From Nymphaea colorata (Eukaryota): 64,000 bases of DNA. The position numbers and the translations under genes are program-made. The stretch is from NCBI RefSeq assembly GCF_008831285.2, contig NC_045138.2, positions 34,906,001-34,970,000 of the forward strand. The letters are read 5' to 3'. How positions within the stretch are numbered: position 1 is the stretch's first letter; the number at the start of each line of letters is the position of its first letter. Of the stretch, positions 1 through 12,279 are shown piece by piece. The notes under the pieces are model-generated. The model did no database searches. It was given only the letters and a program-made list of their open reading frames with translations, and was not told the origin of the DNA.

Positions 1-900
1 AATTCCAACCATCTTTTTCGAGATTCAGCTGTTGTTTTGATTGCAAACGACTTCCCCCAACAAACTAACTTCATTCTATGTTGGCACTTGGAGAATCCGT
101 CCATTCTATTCATTGCTAAGTTGACATATCCTGCTCAGGACAGTGCTTGCTTGCTGTTATCTGAAGTGATGATTTTGACAAGAAATTTTTTAGAGTAGGA
201 TTTTAGATTGTTTCTCTCGGTACTTTTAACTTGGAGACTGAAGGACGGAAGTAAATTCCTTTCATTTGTGTTGTCAACAAAAAGTAAAGTTTGAGTGCAC
301 AGCATTCCCTGGAGAAGCACAGCTGTTATTTTCTCTTTGATTCCTCTTTCCACCAGTCCTTAAACCCAATATCCCCAGACTGCAAGGATGAGATAGAAAG
401 CTTCGTTCAAGAATTCATTCAGTCGTAAATGAAACCGTTTTCTTTGGTGCGGGAAGCAGTTGGATCCACATTTCAGGTATAAAGACGCAAAAGCTTTCTC
501 AGTTTATCAGTTAAAGTGGAAACTTCTTCAAGGAGCACTACTTGTTGAAGCCACACCAAGCTGACAGTGCATTAATGTCATGCCCTGACCTAGTTACAGC
601 CGTGGAATAAGATGAAGGGAAAGTCTTTTTGGCCTTTAACTAGCAACTTAAGGCAAAACGTACCACAAAAATTTAATTATTGTATATATGCTATATTTTG
701 CCTCAAATAACTGGAAATTTTAATGCGTGGAAAAAATTTTCTTTCTTGGAAGCGTTTTATTTTAATCAGAATCTTTTCATAGATTTTATTACAAAAACTG
801 ATTTTATTTAATTTATAAACCAAAAGGTGAGCCAAAAGAATTTTCCTTAAAAATATATTTCTTTAAGAAAATTGAGCTCAGCTGTATAATCACATTTTGT
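1..900 (+). repeat. Segmental duplication block Z, near-identical to 63043-64000
   Basis: Same sequence from AATTCCAACCATC to CACATTTTGT at both places, with a few indels. The largest is ~80 bp present at 63570-63650 and absent at ~551, with GCC at the junction. Confidence 0.95.
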
Positions 901-1204
901 TAGGTATTTAACTTGAAAATTTTGGATCAAAGGAAATTACGGGTGACAATGAAGGGTTTAAACCCCAACGCTGATGAAGGCAATTTGAAGTCCAGGCACC
1001 TTTTTTGAGATTCGGCTGTTGTTTTGATTGCCACCAGTCCTCCCCCAACAAAGGTTCCTACTCATTGCTAAGTTGAAGGGATGAGTTTGTTCAAGTGGGA
1101 TTTTGGATTTTATGGCAGCTCATGGCAAACCGTGTCTCATATCTTTTCGCGGTTGGGTATGAAAATAATCTCATATAATTTTATTTATTGAACTAGGACC
1201 GTGC

Positions 1205-1470
1205 CGCTGATTTATGCTATACCGGTGATTAAAGGCACCGCTGTAAGGAGATGCCGGTGATGGACGCCATCGGAATTGGTCTTTTGCGGTGATTGAATTC
1301 ACCTCTGCACGGGATCTCGACCGGTGATTTGGGCCGCCGCTATTTCGCACAAGTTATAGCGGTGATGGGATTCACTGCTGTCGATCTATAGCGGTGATGG
1401 TTTCCGTCGAAACTGTACCGGTGACGTCCTTCACCGTTGTAAATCTATAGTGGTGATGGACTTGAAAATG
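1205..1470. repeat. Cluster of ~8 degenerate ~32-bp palindromic units (CGGTGA...CACCG), resembling CACTA-type subterminal repeats
   Basis: CGGTGA/TGGTGA recurs at about 1223, 1255, 1287, 1322, 1360, 1392, 1418 and 1451, mostly followed within ~10 bp by an imperfect reverse complement (CACCGC, CACCTC, CACTGC, CACCGT). No CACTA terminus was found. Confidence 0.5.
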
Positions 1471-4400
1471 GTCATTTGTGATTAAAGACGGATATGAATA
1501 TTTGATCAAAGGTCAGAAATGGTAAATCTGATTCATTCTAATCCATTGAGTGCGATGGAATTGAACCAACTTCACTCAATCTCTCTCTAGAGATCAATTT
1601 TCTGTTATTCGCTTCTCTTCTCTTCTCTTCTCTTCTCTAAAAGGTCTCCCTAATTTTGCTTCTAGTCTCATATCCCCCTATGAATGTAAACGACATTAAA
1701 CTTTATTGTGACACAACTTTGATGAGGTATGAGATGCCTTTCATCACATTCATTGATTTTACAAGCGCGAAATTTCAAACAAAACGAATAAACATCAATA
1801 AACTTGGACACACACAAAGGCTCTTGCATTTCTAGCAAAAGCGCATCTATCAAATTGACAAGACAATGCACGTTTGAAATTTTGATTAGGCAACCCCCTG
1901 AGAAGGCTCGGTGGGGCAAAGAAGGAGAAGAAAATCAAAGGGAGAAAAGGCAAAAACCAAAGCTGATCTTCATATTGGACAGCAAGGCAAGCCCAACAAT
2001 GACACAAAAATTGCATATGTTATAGAATAAATGAAAACAAAGAGACGTATAGGGCGGGGCGGTGTACAGTACCTTATTTACATAATCAGGTAGGAGTCCA
2101 GCTCATAATTATATAAAACTGGCTATGGAAGTAGAAACTAGTAGAGAATTTTGGGAAAATGCAAGCAAACTATTGAACAACCAAAGAAGGTAGTAGAGAA
2201 GTTTGCATTATTGTGCCTTTGGCTGTTCAACAGCTTGCTTGCATTTACTTAGTTTCATTTGAAAGTACATGTGACAAAACATCACAAATAAGAACAACCA
2301 ACGGAAACAGAAAAACTTAGCCATGTAGCAACTGTAAAATTATTTATTGTAAAACCAATTATAGTGTGCAATTTTATAACTTTCTAAAAATAAAAAAGGA
2401 ATGACAAGCGAATGGAATATTATGAACAGTCAGAACCGCAAGGCGCCATCAACATGCATACCTCAGCAACACTGATTTTTGTCTAGCCCAATAAACATAG
2501 CCTTCTAGATCAACTTCAACACTTAAGTTCATAATAGCGGTACAAACCTAAGAGAATGTGTCAATCACAAAGTCTGTTATCAAATTGTTGAGTACACATC
2601 CCACAACCCATACCTCCAAACAACTTGTGACAGATCACATGATATATATATATATATATATATATGTTAGATTAATCTAAAAAAATATTTCCATATTCCA
2701 ATGCTAAACATGACAAGAGCAGGACAGGAAAATATAAACTTAACCCATTGAATGTAATGTGAGAATCATAACTCACCTTAAAAACAAGTTTCTTTAGCCG
2801 CTGTTTTATGCCATTTCTTATTTTTAAAAAGACCTTTTAATTGTTTTTTAAATTGAACAGTTATTTATTATTTTGATGGGGAGCCCATAACGACCCAATA
2901 AAATTCAAATTGAAATAAGAAACAAAAAATCCCTGCCCATTATACGTGAGATAAACAAAACGTCGAATTTCTTTTTTCCTGCCCATTAAACCTGAGCCTG
3001 AGTATATGTCCATTGCACGATTTTCCCGTAATCATATTTCCAGAAATTTCGGATCAGCTTTCCTATTCGATGAAAAAGCCCGTTAGGGCTGGCATGGTGA
3101 GCATCGGCTTCTGCCGCAGCCGCCGTCCTCCTCCTTGCTGCTTCCTTCATCGCAGCTCCCTCCTCTAGCCCTGCAGCTTCGTGGGTGAGCGGAACGGCGT
3201 TGGCGGTAAACAGTTTTCATCTGGTCCGTGTGCCGGCTGCCGTGAAGGTCTTCAAAGCTCGTCCGGAAGCCTGCTTCAAAAGGGACTGGTTAAGAAGGCA
3301 CTGGAGTTCTCCGTGTTCTGCGAAGCTTTTGTTCCTCCCATCGTCTTCTCAACCAACCGACAGCTTTGAGATTTTCACCAACTGCAGGTTCCTCTCTCCC
3401 CCCCCCCCCCCTCTCTCTCTCTATCCTGCGATGAATTAGATTGATTGTCTTCTGTCTCGCTATTTCCTTGTCCTGTTTCTCCTTTCTTAGCTTGTTCTGG
3501 TTGGATAGATTTGAGCTACCTTTTCCTCGCTCTCATCTTGGAAGTTGAGGGTCTTCTTTTCCTGCCTCTAGTTGCTGATCATTTTAATCCATGGGCATCC
3601 GGTTTTATTTTTTATTTTTTTTGTTTCGCGAGGTTGAGATTCCCTGATTTCCTTTGTTCTTTTTTTTTTTTTTTTTGCACGGTCGTGTTTTTTAAGGGCT
3701 TTTATTTTTTTCTGACCCGAGAATGTTGTTTTTCCTTTTCTGGCGACCGTTACGGGCTTACACTTAGTTCCAGGAATGGAACCCCACAAGGTTTTGTTTT
3801 AATAGAATTTGGCAGAAGAACATGGTTTGGCAGTGTCTCAGACATGAGGGGATAAGCCGTGTTTTTCCATGCTTCAAGCACTGTTACAAGGGCGATTCCT
3901 AAATCGCAAACTCAGGCTGTTTTATGGTGAAATTGAGTAATTTTATGAGAAATTTTCACATTGAAGGTGTGGTTAGGAGCTTGGCAGCACACTTGATACG
4001 TTTTCTTGTTTCAAGTTCTGTTTTGCGTTCTCACGGTCTTCAAACTGTGATACTGCAGTGTAGCTGGAAGTTTGTCTCTGTATTAGAAGTGGTGTTGCAT
4101 TGTTTTATGTGATATAAATGAGGGGGTCTGACTGACAGGATTTGTTTACATGCTCATCTTCTGAAACATCACCCCTCGACAGTAGTTTCGGTTACATTCT
4201 TCACTTCAGTATGGTCTGAGTCGTAACTGCTGTTTTCTAATACCTTCCTGTTAGTGTATTTCCGCTACTGAGAAGACCACTTCAATACTCGACAAGGATA
4301 AGCTTGCAGACTGCTCTTATGCTAGATCTTTCATATGTGTGTATATGTAGATCTTGTGTTTGCCATTGTAAGGAAGCTTTTTCCACAACTTTTGTTGTGA

Positions 4401-7400
4401 TCCAATTATATTTTTCATTCTTTATTTTCTTGGTGACTTGGCATTAGTGCCTTTCATTGAGTTTCAATTTAGGTTTACATGTCACTATTGTGACTCACAT
4501 TTTTGTGGTATTAGAGCTCTGGCTTGGGCTTTGATTTGCTGATTGTGGATACAACTTTTTAGTTGGTTCATAAATGTGGTGTTCACCAACTATTGGTGAA
4601 ATTATTGAAGTTACAAGTTGTCGGTGGGCCAAACATTTGTGCAATGCAAACCTAGTCGTTTGTTTAGGGAGAGAATGTGCTTTACCCAATTGTTTGAAAC
4701 TTCCAATTAGTTGAGGACCTAACACTTATGAGAACTTTTCGCCCTTAAACCAACATTTTGTGTAGAATGCCCTACTTTTATAGGAGAGCTGATGTAGTTC
4801 ATTCTTCTTCCCAACAAATCCATCTGGTTTCATAGACACTCCTCTCGTAGTGGCAGACGAGAGTTTCTACTTCTAGGTGATATACCATTTGATGTCAAGA
4901 AGTTTTTTGAAAGTGAAAATTTTTAATTTTACCTAAAAACATTTTAAAAGTGTTTTCTCACCTAATGATATACCTTCATCTTATTCTTAATACCTCATCG
5001 AGTAGAAGGAAAAAATTTCAAGTTTTTGATGCCAATCATTAGAAGTGGAAATCTTCAAAGATCCTGGATATGAGCAGTGAAGAAAAATTCAATGAAACTG
5101 AGAAAGTCAAGACTATGAAAGGCTATTGACTTAAGTGATCAAGCGTCTGCAAGGATTTATCAGGAAAATATCTTAGGAGAGAAGCCATAATGCCTTTTAA
5201 AATATTGGCAGGTAGCAAAATGAGAGCTGAGAGATGAGCTCGGGGCTTGTGTAGTCGTTCCTCTGGGTAAGTAATCGAGAGTACCGGGTAGGCATAAAGG
5301 TGATTTATGTCTATACCGCGAAGATGAAGACTTATGAACTTTTGACATGTTGAAAACCCGCAAGGTGAAACGGGTTGGATACATGAAAAAACTACACATA
5401 ACCACTAAAGTGGTGGAACTCCGTAGTAGCCTTTGGGGTGGTGAGGGATTCCCTCAAAGGTGAAGGTCGGCCTAAATAAAAAAATCAAAAGCAAAAAAAA
5501 AAAAAAAAACGAAGGGGCAAAAAGCCTATTGCAAAAAAAAAAAAGAAAAAAAAAGGTGGCTTCCAAGATATGAATGGCATGAAGGCTGAACTCCTAGGAA
5601 TTGAATGTGACAGTCTTTTGTGGATGCACGAGTCTTGAGTCAATAGCCATTCCTCTTTTTGACTTTCTAAGATGTTGAGGATGATTCTTTGTTGTTCATA
5701 TTTTGAAAATTTAAAGATTTTCCTTTCTAGAGATTCAACAACATTGATGCGAAATGAATCCTACTGCTTGTACAATATTGAGGGTAAATGAAGGACATAT
5801 CATTTGCACAACGAGCACTCAAGCTTATGATTTAAATCGATGATTAATGAGTTGTTTCAAAATAAAAACTTGACATCTTTTGTTATGTTTCCTAGCTTCT
5901 TGGACCTGTGAGGAACTCCCAACTCCTCTTTGTTCTTGAAAGTTGTCGTTTTCTGATTACCAAAACGGCTACCCGGCAAACCTATTCCATTCATATCGAG
6001 TGTAATGAATTTCCTATCGTGTCTTTGCAGTGTTAGCTGGGCAATGACTTGCATAAAGATGGTTAAACAGTTGTTTGTTTGCGTTTTTTGTTTATTGGCT
6101 TGTCATAATTTGGTAGGAAACCAACTCTATGCCTGTACATTTGAGAGCTTGAAAACCACACCCAAAACACCAGAAATCTCCTCAGTGATAGTGTTGTTGT
6201 TGTAAACTTCTATTTCCAAAATTGTGGATGTTTAGGTGACTTCAACCTTTGACAATTGATTTGTTTTGCTTCCCAAGACCGGTTATCCCTTGGGTTTAAC
6301 CTTTGACAATTGATTTGTTTTGCTTCCCAAGACCGGTTATCCCTTGGGTTTAGCTTATTTGATTGCAGGGAATCTGATTTGACCCAGTGGTTGCAAATTT
6401 ATATTGAAATGAAGAATTTTTGCTATAAATTCATGAGAAAATTACATATATGTGCAGAAATTAGATTGCTTGCAGCAACCTGACAAGTTTCTAGTAGTCA
6501 ATTAGTCTGTCTTTTACCTGAATTTGTGATCTCAGTTCTGCTAGTGTATGCATGAGACAACTTAAGTCAGAGTCATGTACACTTAAAGCAGTCTTTCAAA
6601 TTTGTTGATATTCAGCCGTTTACCATAGTCCAATTAGTTTAGAGAGTACAGACTCTATAATTAAAGTGTTTATCAGTTTATCTTAGAGCTCTTACATTTT
6701 TTTCCAAGTCTCATTGATTTGTTTCCAAGTTGGTGATCAAAAGAAACTTTTGAAGAAATTAAAGGGCGGATGCATCCAGAGAATCTTGCATTTTTGGTCT
6801 ATCTTCGTACATGTTTGGCGTCTAGAGAATTGTGCATTTTTGAGTCCGTTTTAGTATCTGTTTGTTCCCCATATTTGATACGGACTTGCCACTTATTGGA
6901 AAATTTAAAATTTGGTGTATGGTTTTCTCTGGTTTTTATGAAGAATATCATTTTAAAGAGATTTAACATAAAAACCACACCAAATTTTTGTCGACATTGC
7001 CAGGGCATGGAGAAAGTATACCAAAATTACTTTTGTTGCCTCTTAGGTAGAATCTGCAACATTGTTTAGTATTCAAGCGGAATCCTTCTCATTAACCTTG
7101 TAGCCATTAGTGGAAATCTTTGTACACTTTGTACTATTGCCTGCTTTGTTGATTTGGTTTTCCCTTTTTCTTTTGTTTTTGTGTGCGTGTGGGTGAGAGA
7201 GATTTTATATCTGGTAGTTAATAAGCATAGAGTTCAACTTAGTTAGTGAATGTAGGATTATTTCTTCATTTTCTTGGTGTGTTTTTATTTCAACTTTTTT
7301 GGCTTGAGTTGTTGAATTATTGAGCTTAAAGTGCAAGGAGGAGAGATTAGACAAGTAGGGATAGAGTAGAAGTCTACTTGTGTTTGATGGTTTAATTGAG

Positions 7401-8982
7401 TGTTTATTTCTTGATTTTATTGCGGCTCAACAGTGATGGTTTGTGGAAGAACAAGATCTTGCGAAGCTGGGATCCTAAAGTTACTTGCTTGAAAAAGAAA
7501 ACTGAACTTTTTTCATACCTTACTGTAAATGAGAAAAAGAAGGGTAGCACTGTTTGTGAATAATGTGTTATTTACTGAACTTGCGTAGATAGTGAATAAT
7601 GGGCGGTTCTTTTTTCCTTAGAATTAGTATGATCGTTCTGCAGTTACAGTGGGTCTATATGTTGATGAGGCGTCAAGAATAATTTCAAGCCAGCTTCAGT
7701 GTATAGTAGTAAACTTTGCGCCCTAACTGAATTTGACATGTTTACCCTAAGCCAAGGCCACCTTGGTTGAACAGGTATTTGGCAGTTAGGTGGTATTGCA
7801 GACTTGAAAGCTAGAGATTAAATTGTGACGCCGAGCTTGCAAGGTTAGGCATTTTCAAGTGGATTGTCACTGGCCTTTTATCATTTTCCAGATATCCTTT
7901 CCTTGTTCTGCATGGGTTCTTGCAGTTGCACAGGCCATTAAATTTTCGGAGTTGAGGTTAGGATCTAGACAACAAGGCACAAGAAAATCCTTGAGCATTA
8001 GGGATACCTTGCAATTCTACATGCTTTTCTGAAAAGCATTACTCAGTAACCCCATTATAGTTGTACCGCTCTTCCTCAGGTTAATAGATTTGGGTTTTTG
8101 GTTAATCCACAATGCATATGTCACACTTTCCTTTCACCAATGATATCTGCTCAATTGGTCCTTGAAGACGACTGGGCTTTCAAACTTCAAATATAAGCTA
8201 AGCTGTTCTTATATGGTGCAGGTTGCTTATCCTCTTCCAAACGTGTTTGGTCTGCTGCTTTGGCGGATCTGAAACACACTCCCCCCTCAAATAGCTTCAG
8301 TTTCACTGCTAATAGTCTATTAGACTTTAATGATTTCATGAGTAGAATACTAATAATGCTGACCCACAGGTGATCCTAATGCAGCCCAGCAAATTACCTT
8401 TATATCTTCACTTAGAATGTGATGTAAAGGTTCGGTCAAAGACTAAATAATTGGATCTCCAATGAGTAAAAAGATAAAAGACAAGAAAGAGAGCAGTAGT
8501 AGGGGCATGGTGGTCAACATGGGCAAAATGTGATGGCTGATAAACTTGCAGTAAATAGTTTGGCAGAAGGCTTGTGCCTGGGAAGGCGAGTAAGCTGTTT
8601 CTCGGTGGCAAGGGAGACTCACTGGTCATTGGGATGCACATTGCCTAGTTGACGCAATCCATTGATAGTTGAAACCTGTGAAGAAGTCCATGGACCAGGT
8701 GACAGATTGTAGGGTGGCCTGTGAATGGAAGGTGAGTGGTTTATTATATCAGGATCAGTAGCATGGATTTATTTTGAAATAATAGATTTGATGTTCACTT
8801 GCACCTCCAGCATGACTTTTTTATTTTTTGCTGTATTATAGCAGACTGCCTAGTAAAGAATTCTTGTGACACAGGACTATGGACATGCCTTAGAATGCCC
8901 AATTTAACCAATAGGCACACATACATTATGAATCCCCAAATTATGCTGGAGGTTTTATTGCTTGAACTGTTTTACCATTCTA

Positions 8983-10376
8983 AAAAGGACCAATGCATTC
9001 CTTCTTGATGTTGTTGGCCGCATCTTTGAGAGGTACGCTTTGTTCATGGGTTCAGGAGATCAATTCATGCTCTTAAGAATGCTAGCAGAATTAGTCCTTT
9101 GGTGGACAAGGGGCCTCAGAAGTGTCTTGCAAAACAGTCATTTTGAATACAACATGCATGTGTGATATTGTCCTTTTTTTTTTATAGCAGAGTGCCTAGT
9201 AAAGAATGCTTGTGACACAGGACTATGGACATGCCTTGGAATGCCCAATTTAACCAATAGGCATACATACATCATGAATATCCAAGCATGCATACATTAT
9301 GAATCCCCAAATTATGCTGGAGGTTTTCACATTGAAGTACAGGCAGCTAAGCCACAGTTGTGGTTGGCCTTTTCAACGGGACAGAGTTAGGAGTCTTTTT
9401 CGGAAATTCTTTGGTGTTGCTTATGACAAAAGAAGCTGCTGGGCGTTTAATTGTCAAAGTGTTTGGCATTGGGTATAAAATTGGATGGGATCCCCAAGAG
9501 ACTGATCTAGTAGTGCGAGGGAGAACCCTAATTGGGGATTAGACTGGTATCATAGCCGCTTCAGCCATAATGTGAAATTCCTCATGGCTATTTGCTACTG
9601 CAAATTGGGACTGCGCTGTATGGCCATGCCCTCCGAGTTTTGGGCTATGACTCCGGTGGCAGCTCTTCCTCTTCCTCGTTGAATTTCATCAGGTACGTCC
9701 CCTACAATTGTGGTTGTTCAATATTATAATCTAAGGGCCAAATCTAACCATTACAGCATCAATAGACTGCTACCACCTTGGTCAAGAGAGAAGCTACTTA
9801 AACCATCTAATTTTCGGTTCTTCCAAATGCACTACAGAAAGGGAAACCCTTTGGCAAACTAAAATTCCCTGGCAGTTAGGCTCAGCTCCAAAGATCCAGC
9901 TAAGTGAAATACCTCCTTAGGCGTCTTTATGTAGGGTATGTTTTTTTCTCTATATCCCCCTGGGAGACTGTTGAACTTGTTCCTGTGACTAAGGTGCGTG
10001 AAGAATTAGGATGAGTAGGAGGGCGATGTACGTTGATTGAAAATTTAACATGGCTCTACAATTGCCCACATCCTAAACCCACGAATGAGTATCATAAAAG
10101 AGAGACAGAGAGAGAGGGAGAGAAAGCACCTTCAACCATTCATCTATTCATCTAGTGCCAGACTTCCAGTTCCTACCTCCAGCTTTGTTGTCCCGTTAGT
10201 TTTCTACAGAATAAACCAAAAAAAAAGGACAACAAAATGACTGTTTTGCAAGACACTTCCGAGGCCCCTTGTCCACCAAAGGCATTCTTAAGAGCATGAA
10301 TTGATCTCCTGAACCCATGAACAAAGCGTACCTCTCAAAGGCTAACAACATCAAGCAAGTATGCATTGGTCCTTTT
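8983..10376. repeat. Inverted repeat pair, 8983-9183 versus 10213-10376, with ~1 kb spacer
   Basis: The ORF track shows the same peptide FERYALFMGSGDQFMLLRM on + (8962-9165) and on - (10196-10405). The nucleotide arms are reverse complements with small indels. Confidence 0.9.
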
Positions 10377-10925
10377 GAGAGGTTGTGCCGCCCAGAGGAA
10401 GTCACCAGTATGGCTAAGAGATGTAGTTGGCTGAAGATTTTCGAAGGCTAGACAATGGCAATTGGTGGTTTGGTGTAGTTTCAGGGTGTGTTGGAAGTCG
10501 ACTGCAATTCCCCGGATGGGCCCAGGTGCTGCCAAACCGTAGCATACAAGTGAAGCAGCAGTATAAAACCTTCCATCACCGCTAGAGATTAGTATCGTAG
10601 ATCAGTGCCTCGGTGACCAAGTGACCAGATGACTGAAGTTAAAGAGAGCTTAGGCCTATTTGATGGAGGGGAAGATGAGCACAATGGCTTCTTTTCTGCT
10701 GTTGAGCCGCACTCCTATGTTGACTGACCTTGCGAAGGGAATACCAAGGAAGAAGCAAGCTAAGTGGATCGGTGCACTCCTTGTAGGCATATAGAGAGCT
10801 GCAGTTAGATGGCTTGCGACTATGGCTATGGCAGTACAGAACACAGGATTGCCAAGTTAGTACTTCCAGGGGACTCAATGTCATGGAGGGCAGGAATGGA
10901 GCAGCAAATTTGGAGAAGATGCAGC

Positions 10926-11741
10926 TTCTTTTTTTACCACTTTACCACGAAACTGGTTTGCCTTTTAGGAAAAATTAAGCGCGTCCAGGGCGCGGAGAGA
11001 GGGGGGCCTGCCTGGGCCATGGCCTGGGTGGCGCATGGGGAAAAAAATTTATATTTGAAAAATAAAAAAAAAATTATTTTGGCCCGACCCTCCGCATGTG
11101 TTGGCCCTACCCTATTTTGCCAGCCCCACCCAACCTCACTTCCTCCTTCTCTGACTCAAAGATCTGGGTTTGGCTCGCCCCTAAAAAAAATTTTGATTCT
11201 GCCCTGAGCTCGAGCTCGTCAATCATGAAGGGAGCTCGAACTCGTCAATCATGAAGGTGAACAAGTTTAGTTTCGTTTGCAAACATTTCCTGTAATGATC
11301 TCCACTCTTTTTCCGAGATGTGTTATCATTTTCATTCCGGTTGAAAGGCTTGAAAACTGAAAACTGACTATCAACAAAGACACAAGATACTTTAACCTTT
11401 TAACATAGAAACCAATTTATGCTTGCAACTACACACTTGGACGAACGAATTGACAGTCGAAGCAAGACATGCCATTCCTTGGGATCTTGGAAACGATTGG
11501 TGTTTATGACATCTCTTGTGTAACAGAGCATGGTTTTTTGGCTGAAGAAACCCAACCCTTTTCTGCTTATGCACTCACTTGTTTCTGCTTATGCACTCAC
11601 TGAGGCTCGCTGCTACAGGGCTCTCTGCTATTTTCTGATAGAACTCATCCTTCACGAAGACACTGGAAAGATCACAGCGTTGAGTTCCCCAATCGGTTCA
11701 TATTGCAAACTTGATGCATCAGTATAATGGTCAATTTATCA
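10926..11741 (+). repeat. Segmental duplication block X, copy of 53206-54168 and 57574-58536
   Basis: Collinear match from TTCTTTTTTTACCACTTTACCACG to GGTCAATTTATCA. This copy lacks ~147 bp (53725-53871), with TGG at the junction. Confidence 0.95.
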
Positions 11742-11743
11742 AC

Positions 11744-12073
11744 TAGGGGTGCACAACGAGTCGAGCTACTCAAGCTCTCGACTCGTAAGCGAGTTCGAGC
11801 TGCTTCATTAGTTAAACGAGTCGAGCTCGAGTTCATGAGTCGACTCGTTTAACTAATAGAGTTGAGTTCAAGTTCACTCAAGTGAACTCGTTAAAGTCGG
11901 TTCGATTAACATACCAGTTTTAAAAAAAACCGGTTCAGGCATTCAGCTCACTTCTTCGCAGGCGGGAAAAGATTTTAGGGACTAGGGTTTCCTTCTTTTC
12001 ATTCTCCCTCTCTCCTACTCCGACTCTCCCTCTCTCGGTCTCTTCGACTTCTCCTTCTCTTCTCAGCCTGTGC
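11744..12073 (+). mobile_element. Truncated left end of a non-autonomous hAT-like DNA transposon
   Basis: Begins TAGGGGTGCAC and continues with dense CGAGTCGAGC/CTCGAG subterminal repeats, as in plant hAT derivatives. It is absent from the paralogous site at 54168/58536. No right TIR or TSD was seen. Confidence 0.6.
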
Positions 12074-12142
12074 CTCACGTAGTCTGTAGTCTCAGTTATT
12101 TATGTACATTACATTGTATAATTGTATTTTTGTGCACTGTAG

Positions 12143-12265
12143 ATTGATGCTGGTGAATGGGAATTAGTTCCTAAAGTAACAGCCCTATGCATAGGGAATC
12201 CAAAATCCTTTGGTGGCGGTATGAAAATAACCCCACATGCGGAACCTCACAGTGGAAACCTTGAG
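12143..12265 (+). pseudogene. LCBK2: Isolated exon of an LCBK2-like (DAG-kinase catalytic family) sphingoid long-chain base kinase
   Basis: AG|exon|GT of 123 nt translating to [41 protein letters not shown], which matches the recalled [20 protein letters not shown] motif of Arabidopsis At2g46090-type kinases. Confidence 0.85.
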
Positions 12266-12279
12266 GTTTTAGAATTTTC

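Noticed and set aside
1205..1470. CRISPR-like repeat-spacer array
   Set aside because: Plant nuclear context, degenerate repeats, linkers only ~10 bp and no cas genes.
2880..3390. Promoter and GC-rich first exon of a plus-strand gene (GCCCA motifs, ATG at 3094, CAG|GT at ~3387)
   Set aside because: The ATG frame stops early, no recognisable protein results, and no downstream coding exons could be linked. It may be a non-coding or captured 5' end but cannot be supported.
9545..9557. PBS-like TGGTATCATAGCC
   Set aside because: One mismatch, not preceded by an LTR-terminal CA, and no paired LTR or gag follows.
10064..10200. GCCCACATCC followed by CTAAACCC and CATAAAA, resembling a USE-TATA snRNA or telomerase RNA promoter
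   Set aside because: Two mismatches to the RTCCCACATCG USE and a poor TATA. The CTAAACCC lies upstream of the would-be start rather than in the transcript, and downstream sequence resembles no snRNA or TR.
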